29,509 bases of DNA, taken from the sequence record SRR33789315_95; one strand, given 5' to 3'. This document shows positions 6,864 to 15,477 of the stretch, one piece after another (positions within the stretch are counted from its first letter, which is position 1; every line of letters starts with the position of its first letter). The position numbers were made by a program, and so were the translations under genes. The notes under the pieces are model-generated. The model was given only the letters and a program-made list of their open reading frames with translations. It had not been told where the DNA came from and ran no database searches.

Positions 6864-7427
6864 ATAATAGATCAAGAAAGGAATAGGCAGGCTATCGAAC
6901 AGGTAGCAAGTGGACTAAAGGAACTTAAAGATGTAGCCGTATTTGTTGGCGGAGCTGTAATAAGTCTATATGCAGATAATCAAATTACCGATGAAATTAG
7001 AGTTACAGAAGACATAGATGTAACTATTAAAGTAGAAAAATATAAGGATTGGGTTAAATTAGAGGAGCAATTACGAGACCAAAAGTTTTATCCAGATCCA
7101 ACCAGTAAATCAATTGTACGACATACCTATATGGGAATATCAGTAGATATAATTCCTAATGGTGCAAACATAGCGGTAAGCGGCACCAACCTATGGTATG
7201 CCTATGGGTATAAAGATATACTCTACGTGCTGCAAAACAATCGTAATATTATTTCTGAGATATCAAGTGCTCATAAAGACGTCTTGTCTTTTATACAAGA
7301 ACAACTATTATTACTGATATCTCAACGTAGCAGTGATGAAATTTTATCCGCAAACATTGACTTGCAAATTCTTGCTGAAAGTTTATATTTATTAAAAACA
7401 ACAATAGGTCTAATACTAAAACTCTAA
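6864..7427 (+). pseudogene. AbiEii-like nucleotidyltransferase toxin, apparently inactivated (no canonical start; probable internal deletion)
   Basis: The frame of the 7131 ORF is open from 6864 and encodes AVFVGGAVISLY...IRVTEDIDV (Pol-beta-superfamily GG..RxTxDxD motif). There is no ATG/GTG/TTG before 7131, and the expected C-terminal K..A/R..D motif block is absent. Confidence 0.7.
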
Positions 7428-7513
7428 ACTTAGGGAACAATTATTATTATCTTTATTTGATTCTAAATATGTTAAAAAAGATAAATTTTAAATCTGTTTG
7501 CAAATTGCCTGCA

Positions 7514-7551
7514 AATAAAAAGGTTTCAAAAGCAGAAACTCTTGAAACCTT
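7514..7551 (-). terminator. Intrinsic terminator downstream of tRNA-Ala
   Basis: AAGGTTTCAA (7520-7529)/TTGAAACCTT (7542-7551) inverted repeat, followed by a T-run on the minus strand. Confidence 0.7.
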
Positions 7552-7559
7552 ATAAAAAC

Positions 7560-7636
7560 TGGTGGAGAAGATGGGATTCGAACCCACGACCTCTTGACTG
7601 CCAGTCAAGCACTCTAGCCAACTGAGCTACATCCCC
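7560..7636 (-). tRNA. tRNA-Ala (GGC)
   Basis: Reverse complement GGGGATGTAGCTCAGTTGGCTAGAGTGCTTGACTGGCAGTCAAGAGGTCGTGGGTTCGAATCCCATCTTCTCCACCA folds as a cloverleaf with anticodon GGC, the G3:U70 Ala determinant and an encoded CCA. Confidence 0.97.
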
Positions 7637-7653
7637 AAAATTAAATGAGAGCG

Positions 7654-7661
7654 CAAATATA
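7654..7661 (-). promoter_or_regulatory. -7 promoter element for tRNA-Ala
   Basis: TATATTTG on the minus strand (TAnnTTTG), 17 bp upstream of the tRNA. Confidence 0.65.
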
Positions 7662-7729
7662 AATAAAATACCTTTGGTTTTTGGCTAAATTAAAAAAGCC
7701 ATAAATTCCTTTTTAAAATTTACAAATCG

Positions 7730-8239
7730 TTGATTAGACCAGCCACTCCTGAGGATCTCAATTCCATACTACAGCTTACCGCAGCTTGTGCAAAAACGAT
7801 GATCGCACAACACATTTACCAGTGGAATACGCATTATCCTTCTCACAATGCTTTTGCGCGCGATATTAAACGTGGCGAATTATTTGTGATAGAGCAAAAC
7901 AACCAGCTTATAGCCACGATTGTTCTTTCCACTTTTATAGATGCCGAATATAAACAGATAGATTGGCTCACGCCGCCAGAAACTAAAAACCTATATATTC
8001 ATCGACTAGCGGTTCATCCTGATTTTCAAGGGCAAGGTTACGCCCAAAAATTGATGCATTTTGCTGAAACACACGCAAAAGAAAATGACTTTGATAGTAT
8101 TCGCCTGGATACGTTTAGCCAAAACCCCCGTAATCTAAAATTCTATGAACAACGGGGTTATGTGCGCTTGGAAAGCATTTATTTCCCCAAACAAAGCGAA
8201 CATCCTTTTTATTGCTACGAACTGCTCATAAAAAAGTAA
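7730..8239 (+). CDS. GNAT family N-acetyltransferase
   Basis: YIHRLAVHPDFQGQGYA acetyl-CoA-binding motif, plus IRLDT and FYEQRGY; TTG start. Confidence 0.92.
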   Translation: MIRPATPEDLNSILQLTAACAKTMIAQHIYQWNTHYPSHNAFARDIKRGELFVIEQNNQLIATIVLSTFIDAEYKQIDWLTPPETKNLYIHRLAVHPDFQGQGYAQKLMHFAETHAKENDFDSIRLDTFSQNPRNLKFYEQRGYVRLESIYFPKQSEHPFYCYELLIKK

Positions 8240-8259
8240 TTTCGCTTTAAGCGAAAAAA

Positions 8260-9621
8260 ATGTCAGCCACACTCGATCCTCTTTCATTTAAGAATATCAA
8301 TAAACTAGCCATCCCAGCTTTGTTGACTGGTATAGCCGAACCTATACTTTCGGCTACAGATGCCGCTGTAGTGGGCAATCTCGATCTCAACGCCACCGAA
8401 GCGTTAGCCGCTGTAGGAATTGTGGGTTCTTTTCTTTCGGCCTTAATCTGGGTATTGGGACAGACCCGGGCTGCTTTACAAGCCATTATAGCACAATATT
8501 TAGGCGCGGGCAAATTAGACCAAATCAGCACCTTACCCGCACAAGCCATTTACCTCAACATTGCATTAAGTTTCCTCATCTTAGGGGGTACTTTTTTTAT
8601 TACACGTGCTATTTTTTCGCTGTATAATGCAGAAGGTTTAATCCTTGATTATTGTGAAGATTATTATTCCATTCGGGTTTGGGGTTTCCCTTTTACGTTA
8701 TTTACGTTTGCGATTTTTGGTATTTTTAGAGGACTCCAAAATACGTTTTGGCCCATGGTGGTTGCTATTGCAGGAACCGTTATTAACATCGTTCTTGATC
8801 TCGTTTTGGTTTATGGTATCACAGATTTTATTCCGGCACTCCATGTAAAAGGTGCCGCTTATGCCAGTCTTATTGCGCAAATTTGCATGGCGGTTTTATC
8901 CCTTGTTTTGGTGTTGAGAAAAACCAAAATAAGTTTATTTCCTAAACTGCCTATTCATCCAGAATTATATAGACTCATAGGTATGGCGGCAAATTTATTT
9001 ATACGCACCATTGCCTTAAACGTAGCGCTTTATCTAGCCAATGCATATGCTACAGATTATGGACCAACCTATATCGCTGCGCAAACCATTCTCATAAATC
9101 TATGGTTATTTTCGGCTTTTTTTATTGATGGTTATGCTTCGGCAGGCAATATTCTAGCCGGAAGGCTATTGGGTGCTCAAGATTATGAAAAGCTCTGGCG
9201 TTTAGGGACAAAAATCTTAAAATACGGTCTGGTAGTTTCTGTTTTTCTTATGATTGTAGGGTTTATTTTTTATGACCCGTTGGGTCTTATTTTTACCAAA
9301 GAACCAGAAATACTGGGTCGTTATGCAGCCGTTTTTATTATTGTGATCCTTATGCAACCCATAAATGCGGTAGGCTTTATTTATGATGGAATTTTTAAAG
9401 GTCTGGGTCAAATGAAATACTTGCGTAATGTGTTACTAGCAGCAACCTTTCTTGGCTTTTGGCCCACATTACTTATTGCAGATCATTTCAGATTAAAACT
9501 CTATGGCGTATGGATTGCCTTTGCCGTTTGGATGCTCATTAGAAGTGGCGCGCTGGTGTGGAAATTTAGAAAAACCTACAACCCAAAACTGATTTTAAAA
9601 CAAGATGAAATCGATAATTAG
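8260..9621 (+). CDS. MATE family efflux transporter (DinF-like)
   Basis: About 12 TM segments in 453 aa; LAIPA..EP....D, FRGLQNT and VKGAAYAS motifs. Confidence 0.92.
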   Translation: MSATLDPLSFKNINKLAIPALLTGIAEPILSATDAAVVGNLDLNATEALAAVGIVGSFLSALIWVLGQTRAALQAIIAQYLGAGKLDQISTLPAQAIYLNIALSFLILGGTFFITRAIFSLYNAEGLILDYCEDYYSIRVWGFPFTLFTFAIFGIFRGLQNTFWPMVVAIAGTVINIVLDLVLVYGITDFIPALHVKGAAYASLIAQICMAVLSLVLVLRKTKISLFPKLPIHPELYRLIGMAANLFIRTIALNVALYLANAYATDYGPTYIAAQTILINLWLFSAFFIDGYASAGNILAGRLLGAQDYEKLWRLGTKILKYGLVVSVFLMIVGFIFYDPLGLIFTKEPEILGRYAAVFIIVILMQPINAVGFIYDGIFKGLGQMKYLRNVLLAATFLGFWPTLLIADHFRLKLYGVWIAFAVWMLIRSGALVWKFRKTYNPKLILKQDEIDN

Positions 9622-9641
9622 TAACCCACGCACATTCTTGG

Positions 9642-9649
9642 TACATTTG
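9642..9649 (+). promoter_or_regulatory. -7 promoter element for queD-lpxH
   Basis: TACATTTG 22 bp upstream of the ATG at 9672. Confidence 0.55.
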
Positions 9650-9671
9650 CCAAGCAAAACTCAGCATTAGG

Positions 9672-10124
9672 ATGGACACGATAAGAATAACCAAGCAGTT
9701 TTCTTTTGAAACAGGTCACGCTTTATATGGTTATGACGGCAAGTGCAGGAATGTACACGGGCATAGCTATAAGCTTTCAGTTACCGTAATTGGGCAACCC
9801 ATTACGGACCATACTAACGTAAAATTTGGGATGGTTATCGATTTTGGAGATTTAAAAAAAATAGTCAAATCTGAAATAGTAGATGTTTTTGATCACGCCA
9901 CCGTTTTTAATAAAAATACGCCCCATATAGAATTAGCAGAAGAATTGTCTAAACGCGGTCATAACGTCTTACTCGTAGATTATCAGCCTACTAGTGAGAT
10001 GATGGTGATTAGTTTTGCCGAAAAAATAAAAGCGCTATTGCCTCAAAATATTCAGTTGCACGCGCTTAAACTACAGGAAACCGAAACAAGCTTTGCCGAA
10101 TGGTATGCTTCAGATAATGCATAA
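9672..10124 (+). CDS. queD: 6-carboxy-5,6,7,8-tetrahydropterin synthase (PTPS family)
   Basis: FETGH, GKCRNVHGHSY, GMVIDFGDLK, FDH, PTSE and LQETETS motifs. Confidence 0.9.
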   Translation: MDTIRITKQFSFETGHALYGYDGKCRNVHGHSYKLSVTVIGQPITDHTNVKFGMVIDFGDLKKIVKSEIVDVFDHATVFNKNTPHIELAEELSKRGHNVLLVDYQPTSEMMVISFAEKIKALLPQNIQLHALKLQETETSFAEWYASDNA

Positions 10125-10142
10125 ATCGGTTAGAAACAGCAT

Positions 10143-10937
10143 ATGATTTCGTTAGAAAAAACCATTACAATTTCCAAAGGAAAAAAAATCTACTTCAGTA
10201 GTGACAACCATTTAGGTGCTCCAGATCAAGCTTCAAGTAAACCTCGCGAGAAAATATTTGTAGCGTGGCTGGATACAATTAAAGAAGATGCAGAAGCTAT
10301 TTTTCTATTAGGCGATTTATTTGATTTCTGGTTTGAGTATAAAACCGTTGTACCCAAAGGTTTTGTTCGTGTATTGGGTAAACTGGCAGAGTTACGGGAT
10401 AGTGGTATTCCTATCTATTTTTTTGTAGGAAATCATGATTTATGGATGCATGGCTATTTTGAAGAAGAACTCCAGATCCCCGTTTTTCACGAGCCTCAAG
10501 AGTTTATATTGGGTGATAAACTTTTTCTTATAGGTCATGGTGACGGAAAAGGTCCTGGAGATAAAGGGTATAAACGTATGAAAAAGGTGTTCATCAACCC
10601 GCTTTCAAAATGGTTTTTTAGCTGGTTACATCCCGATATTGGGGTGCGCCTTGCTCAACATCTTTCGGTAAAAAATAAGTTGATCTCTGGAGAAGATGAT
10701 AAAGAATTCTTGGGAGAACAAAACGAGTGGTTAGCATTGTATGCTAAACGAAAATTAGAACAAAAACACTTTGATTATTTTATTTTTGGTCATCGCCACT
10801 TGCCTTTAGAAATTAAAATAGGTACCACATCTACTTATTACAACTTAGGAGATTGGATTAATCATTACACCTATGGCATTTATGACGGCAAAAATTTTAA
10901 ACTAACTACTTTTCAAAAAACCGAAGCTGAAGCTTAG
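10143..10937 (+). CDS. lpxH: UDP-2,3-diacylglucosamine diphosphatase (metallophosphoesterase)
   Basis: SDNHLG, LLGDLFDFW, GNHD, HGDG and FGHRH motifs. Confidence 0.85.
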   Translation: MISLEKTITISKGKKIYFSSDNHLGAPDQASSKPREKIFVAWLDTIKEDAEAIFLLGDLFDFWFEYKTVVPKGFVRVLGKLAELRDSGIPIYFFVGNHDLWMHGYFEEELQIPVFHEPQEFILGDKLFLIGHGDGKGPGDKGYKRMKKVFINPLSKWFFSWLHPDIGVRLAQHLSVKNKLISGEDDKEFLGEQNEWLALYAKRKLEQKHFDYFIFGHRHLPLEIKIGTTSTYYNLGDWINHYTYGIYDGKNFKLTTFQKTEAEA

Positions 10938-11296
10938 TTTAAGGCTGTTGCCATATATTGCTGAGTTTCCATACGTATAATCGTTTTGTCCAGTAAGTCC
11001 TGTATTTGAAACAATTCTTCCCTACTTACGGCAAGATCTACTTTAGAAGAAGGGGTTTTCAATAATAAAGAACGGCAATTTCTTGTATCACACTGTTCGC
11101 AGCAAGGTTGTTGCAGCCCATATTGTACCGAATAAGCAAAGGATTTTATTTCATCTAATGTGAGGTAAAAACCCATTTCCCGAAACACAATTTGCGCTAA
11201 TTTTCCTCCACTCTCGCGCTTCTCTTTCCAATAAAAAGCTATTCCGTAATCACTCCTGTAGATGATATCAATATATTTCATATTGCTATTTTCCAT
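10934..11296 (-). CDS. Hypothetical Cys-cluster protein
   Basis: 120-aa ORF from the ATG at 11296 (alternative ATG further downstream); CCEQCDTRNC cluster; strong palindrome directly upstream. Confidence 0.75.
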   Translation of the reverse strand: MENSNMKYIDIIYRSDYGIAFYWKEKRESGGKLAQIVFREMGFYLTLDEIKSFAYSVQYGLQQPCCEQCDTRNCRSLLLKTPSSKVDLAVSREELFQIQDLLDKTIIRMETQQYMATALN

Positions 11297-11305
11297 CAAA
11301 TATAA

Positions 11306-11330
11306 TCTATTTAGATTAATTCTAAATAGA
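11306..11330. promoter_or_regulatory. Perfect 10-5-10 palindrome, putative Fur-type iron box
   Basis: TCTATTTAGA-ttaat-TCTAAATAGA, 9 bp upstream of the ATG at 11296. Resembles the TATTTAGA-N5-TCTAAATA motif I recall upstream of flavobacterial iron genes. Confidence 0.6.
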
Positions 11331-11383
11331 AGTGATTCAATTTTATGATTCTTTTAAAAAGTAATCATTTACAAAAATTGAAA

Positions 11384-13081
11384 TTAGTGGAGATCTTTTA
11401 ATAGAAGTTGAAGAGAGACATTTCCATTCCATTCATTAAGATCTAAAACATAAACCGCTTGAAAAGGTTGTTGATGCTGTATGGATTCTAGTTTATTCCC
11501 AAGATTAAAACCTATGGCTCCTATAGCTTGTTTAGGAGCTTCAAACGCAGGCGTTATAGCGCATTTTAAATGTATATCATCAGCACCAACACATTTTGCA
11601 TAACCTGTATCTTTGAGATTTTCTGTTAGGAAAACAGGCCGCATATTTCCTGGACCAAAAGGGCCAAACTGCTTTAGGATACGGTATAGCTTAGGCGTAA
11701 TTTCATTGAAATTAAGCTTTTTATCAATTACAAGTTCTGGAGTTAGCAAGCGTTCATCTATACTTTGTGAAACCACTTCTTCAAACCGTTCTTTAAAGAG
11801 CTCATAATGCTCGTGCTTTAAAGTAAGCCCCGCGGCATATTTATGCCCACCAAACTGTTCTATAAATTCTTCACATTGACCTAAGGCTTCATAAACATCA
11901 AACCCCTTTACAGAGCGAGCGCTTGCTGCCAATTTATCTCCACTCTTGGTAAAGACTAAAGTGGGGCGGTAATACGTTTCTATTAATCTCGAGGCTACAA
12001 TGCCTATCACCCCTTTGTGCCAGTCTTCCTGAAAAACTACTGAGGTTTTTCTTTCTTCTTCTTGTGCTTCGATAATCTGTACCAGTGCTTGTTGCGTTAT
12101 GACTTTGTCGAGATCTTTTCGTTCTGTATTGAACCGTTCTATATCTGCCGCCATTGCCTGAGCCAATACCTCATCTTTTTCTCTTAATAAATCAACCGCA
12201 TGTAAACCATGTTTTATTCTTCCCGCAGCGTTAATTCGAGGTGCTATAATAAACACAACATCTGTAATAGAAAGTTCCTTTTTATTAACCCCTTGAATAA
12301 GGGCTTTTATGCCTGTTCTGGGAAGGGTATTAATGACTTCTAGCCCGTGATAGGCCAATACGCGATTTTCGCCAGTAATAGGAACAATATCTGCACCAAT
12401 AGCCGTGGCAACCAAATCTAAATAGGGAACCAATGTTTTTACATGAAACCCTTGATGTTCATGTAGGGCTTGAATAAGTTTAAATCCTACTCCACAGCCA
12501 CATAACTCATCATAAGGATAGGAACAATCTTTGCGTTTAGGATCTAATACGGCAACCGCATCAGGAATTTTATCTCCCGGTCTATGGTGATCGCAAATGA
12601 TAAAATCTATTCCTAGCTTTTTAGCATAAGCTACTTTGTCTATCGCCTTTATCCCGCAATCCAGCGCAATAATAAGCGTGCAATCATTGTCATGGGCAAA
12701 GTCAATTCCCTTATAAGAAACCCCATAACCCTCATCATACCTATCTGGAATATAACTGGCAACTTGACCACCTAATTGATCAAGATACGTGCTCATAAGT
12801 GCTACGCTAGTGGTGCCATCTACATCATAATCTCCATACACTAAAATATGTTCTTCTTGCAAAATGGCGCGTTCTATCCTATCTACCGCTTCTTGCATAT
12901 CTTTCATCAGAAAAGGATCGTGCAAATCGGCTAATGAGGGTCTAAAGAATTTTTTGGCCTTGTCATAACTGTCTATTCCGCGTTGCAATAATAAATCGGC
13001 TACGGCAATAGGAATATTCAATTCTGTAGCCAGATTTTTGGATGTTTCGGGATTGGGAAGTGCTTTTATCGTCCAGCGCAT
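11384..13081 (-). CDS. recJ: ssDNA-specific exonuclease RecJ
   Basis: YGDYDVDG, DCG, DHH, APRINAAGR, SARS and GGHKYAAG motifs. Confidence 0.97.
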   Translation of the reverse strand: MRWTIKALPNPETSKNLATELNIPIAVADLLLQRGIDSYDKAKKFFRPSLADLHDPFLMKDMQEAVDRIERAILQEEHILVYGDYDVDGTTSVALMSTYLDQLGGQVASYIPDRYDEGYGVSYKGIDFAHDNDCTLIIALDCGIKAIDKVAYAKKLGIDFIICDHHRPGDKIPDAVAVLDPKRKDCSYPYDELCGCGVGFKLIQALHEHQGFHVKTLVPYLDLVATAIGADIVPITGENRVLAYHGLEVINTLPRTGIKALIQGVNKKELSITDVVFIIAPRINAAGRIKHGLHAVDLLREKDEVLAQAMAADIERFNTERKDLDKVITQQALVQIIEAQEEERKTSVVFQEDWHKGVIGIVASRLIETYYRPTLVFTKSGDKLAASARSVKGFDVYEALGQCEEFIEQFGGHKYAAGLTLKHEHYELFKERFEEVVSQSIDERLLTPELVIDKKLNFNEITPKLYRILKQFGPFGPGNMRPVFLTENLKDTGYAKCVGADDIHLKCAITPAFEAPKQAIGAIGFNLGNKLESIQHQQPFQAVYVLDLNEWNGNVSLQLLLKDLH

Positions 13082-13149
13082 GCATTCAAATATTAGGACA
13101 ATTTACAAATTATGCCTTCGGTTTAACAAGTTACTACTAAAATGAGAGG

Positions 13150-13818
13150 TTAGGCGCCAGCAACAATAATCACGATTTCACCTTTAGGAGGTTTGGCCTC
13201 ATAATGTTTTAATACTTCTTCAACTGTTCCGCGAACGGTTTCCTCGTGTAATTTTGAGATTTCACGCGAAACAGAAATTTTTCGCGTAGCGCTAAAAAAC
13301 TCCACAAAATGACCTAAAGTTTTCAAAAGTTTATGCGGAGATTCATAGAAAATCATGGTGCGGGTTTCTTCAGCTAATATCAGCAAGCGGGTTTGTCTTC
13401 CTTTTTTAACTGGAAGAAACCCCTCAAACACAAATTTATCATTGGGTAAGCCACTATTTACAAGTGCTGGTACAAAAGCCGTTGCTCCAGGCAAACAATT
13501 TACAACCACACCCGCTTCTACACAGGCGCGAACCAGTAAAAACCCTGGGTCTGAAATGGCAGGAGTACCCGCATCGCTAATTAATGCTACCGTAGTACCC
13601 GACTCTATTTTGCTCACGATATAAGGAACCATCTTATGCTCATTATGCATATGATGCGATTGCATAGGCGTTTTGACATCTAAATGTTTTAGCAGCTTAC
13701 CGCTGGTACGGGTATCTTCTGCCAGAATAAGGTCTGCTTCTTTTAAAACTCTAATAGCGCGCAGCGTGATGTCTTCAAGATTACCTATAGGCGTAGGCAC
13801 GATATATAATTGCCCCAT
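13150..13818 (-). CDS. rsmI: 16S rRNA C1402 2'-O-methyltransferase
   Basis: LYIVPTPIGNLEDIT, AEDTR, SDAGTPAISDPG, YESPH and REISKLHEE motifs. Confidence 0.96.
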   Translation of the reverse strand: MGQLYIVPTPIGNLEDITLRAIRVLKEADLILAEDTRTSGKLLKHLDVKTPMQSHHMHNEHKMVPYIVSKIESGTTVALISDAGTPAISDPGFLLVRACVEAGVVVNCLPGATAFVPALVNSGLPNDKFVFEGFLPVKKGRQTRLLILAEETRTMIFYESPHKLLKTLGHFVEFFSATRKISVSREISKLHEETVRGTVEEVLKHYEAKPPKGEIVIIVAGA

Positions 13819-13854
13819 AAACGGAAATTAAGTGTAGGATAAGAAACGGTCTGG

Positions 13855-14730
13855 TTATTTTTCAAATTTTCTTTCGATTATATCTAGTAACCGAGTTTCA
13901 TAAAGTTCTTTCCCTTCCCAATTATAATCTGGCTTGACCTGATTTTGTATAAAGCCGATCGCTTCATCTCTATTAGACATAGTGCTTAATTGTGAAATCA
14001 CCCGATTATAGTCTGCATCGCTTCCTTCAAAAAGATGTTTAATAAAACCGATTCGGGTATTCAAACCAATTTTCCAACCCTGACTAGCAGAATCATTTAT
14101 TGATTTTGGTTTATTTATCTTGATTTCCTTTTTTTCAAAAACAGCTTCTTGACTATATTCTCCAATATCAGCCACGTCATTCTTTACGGGTTCTGATCCC
14201 GTTATGCGCTGAAACATATCGTCTATCTCATCAGCTTCTGGCGGCATTTGAGCCACCAAATCCTTTATTTTTTCAATAACGGGTTCGTGAAGATTGTCTT
14301 GACTTTTATTTTGCTGGCTACCATCGGGACGGTATTTATCACGCTGACTTTTTCGGGCTTCTGCCTTTTCAGCTTGCATTTTATGAAATATTTCATCGTT
14401 AGCCTTTGCAATTGCCGCAGCCTTTTGGGCATTGGTTTCTACACGTATAGCCATATTGACCGGCACAACTTCAATCTGCTCTTCTTTGGGTTCTTTTTCA
14501 GCGCTTATCTCGACTGCTTCAAACTCTTTTGCCTCGATTACTTCAAGAATTGCTTTCTTCCCGATAGTAGGTCCTGGTTCATTAAAGTGGGTTTCTGCAA
14601 AAACGAGTACCGTAAGGGTCTCATACAATTTCTTTGCATGTAGCTGTAAATCAGCATAATCACTATCTGAATCCATTCTTAAAATCCGATGCGCTATGTT
14701 GACTAATTCAGATTTTAATTTCTTCTTCAT
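13855..14730 (-). CDS. Hypothetical protein
   Basis: 291-aa ORF with globular-looking ends (MKKKLKSELVNIAHRIL; IGLNTRIGFIKHLF..YNRVISQL) and a charged, low-complexity middle. Confidence 0.8.
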   Translation of the reverse strand: MKKKLKSELVNIAHRILRMDSDSDYADLQLHAKKLYETLTVLVFAETHFNEPGPTIGKKAILEVIEAKEFEAVEISAEKEPKEEQIEVVPVNMAIRVETNAQKAAAIAKANDEIFHKMQAEKAEARKSQRDKYRPDGSQQNKSQDNLHEPVIEKIKDLVAQMPPEADEIDDMFQRITGSEPVKNDVADIGEYSQEAVFEKKEIKINKPKSINDSASQGWKIGLNTRIGFIKHLFEGSDADYNRVISQLSTMSNRDEAIGFIQNQVKPDYNWEGKELYETRLLDIIERKFEK

Positions 14731-14769
14731 AACTTTTCTATTGAATCCACTTATTGAAAGGCTTTTTAA

Positions 14770-14777
14770 TAAATTTG
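14770..14777 (+). promoter_or_regulatory. -7 promoter element for tdk-alr
   Basis: TAAATTTG match upstream of tdk. Confidence 0.5.
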
Positions 14778-14832
14778 TCTGGCCTTACTAGAATAAACGG
14801 CGACCTTGTCGTTTAAGTTTGAAAAATACAAA

Positions 14833-15477
14833 ATGTTTCTCGAAAACACAGTTAATCATAAAGAGCAATTTGGGTGGATAGAAGTCATCTGCGGATCTAT
14901 GTTTTCAGGTAAGACAGAAGAACTCATACGTCGTCTTAAACGCGCCAAGTTTGCAAAACAAAAAGTAGAAATCTTTAAACCTACAATTGATACACGTTAT
15001 CACGAGGATTATGTGATTTCGCATGACGAAAATGAAATTCTTTCAACTCCCGTACCTGCTGCTGCCAATATCCCTATTCTAGCAGATGGTTGCGATGTGG
15101 TGGGCATAGATGAAGCACAGTTTTTTGATGACGAAATTATTAAAGTTTGCAATGATCTGGCTAATCGTGGCGTGCGCGTTATCGTCGCGGGATTAGATAT
15201 GGATTTTAAAGGGAATCCTTTTGGACCCATGCCAGCACTTATGGCTACCGCAGAATATGTAACTAAAGTTCATGCAGTTTGTACCCGAACAGGTAATCTG
15301 GCACAGTTTAGTTATAGAAAGGCTGCTAGCAATGATTTAGTCTTATTAGGGGAAACCGAAGAATATGAACCTTTAAGTCGTGGTGCTTTTTATAAAGCCA
15401 TGTTACACGATCGATTAAAAGAAATTGAGGTTAAAGATCCCGCTGAAATTAATCGGTTAAAAAAACCAAAAAGCTAA
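14833..15477 (+). CDS. tdk: Thymidine kinase
   Basis: [26 protein letters not shown] and YEPLSR motifs. The ATG at 14833 (MFLEN) is preferred over the TTG at 14806. Confidence 0.96.
   Translation: MFLENTVNHKEQFGWIEVICGSMFSGKTEELIRRLKRAKFAKQKVEIFKPTIDTRYHEDYVISHDENEILSTPVPAAANIPILADGCDVVGIDEAQFFDDEIIKVCNDLANRGVRVIVAGLDMDFKGNPFGPMPALMATAEYVTKVHAVCTRTGNLAQFSYRKAASNDLVLLGETEEYEPLSRGAFYKAMLHDRLKEIEVKDPAEINRLKKPKS

Larger units (their letters stand above)
1..7559. mobile_element. Putative tRNA-Ala-anchored genomic island (right part; left end outside window)
   Basis: Visibly AT-richer than the downstream core genes. Contains accessory genes (two-component system, TerB-like, nuclease, TA pair) and directly abuts the 3' end of tRNA-Ala. 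No integrase or att duplication is visible in the window. Confidence 0.5.

Noticed and set aside
6306-7427. Single antitoxin-toxin fusion by stop-codon readthrough
   Set aside because: The stop is TAA (not TGA/TAG), there is no recoding structure, and the lost-start explanation is simpler. Not formally excluded.
7131-7427. 98-aa ORF as an independent gene
   Set aside because: It is the C-terminal part of the nucleotidyltransferase frame that is open from 6864.
7560-7636. U6:U67 mismatch in the tRNA acceptor stem as a sign of a pseudo-tRNA
   Set aside because: All other arms, G3:U70, CCA, promoter and terminator are intact, and single acceptor-stem mismatches are tolerated.
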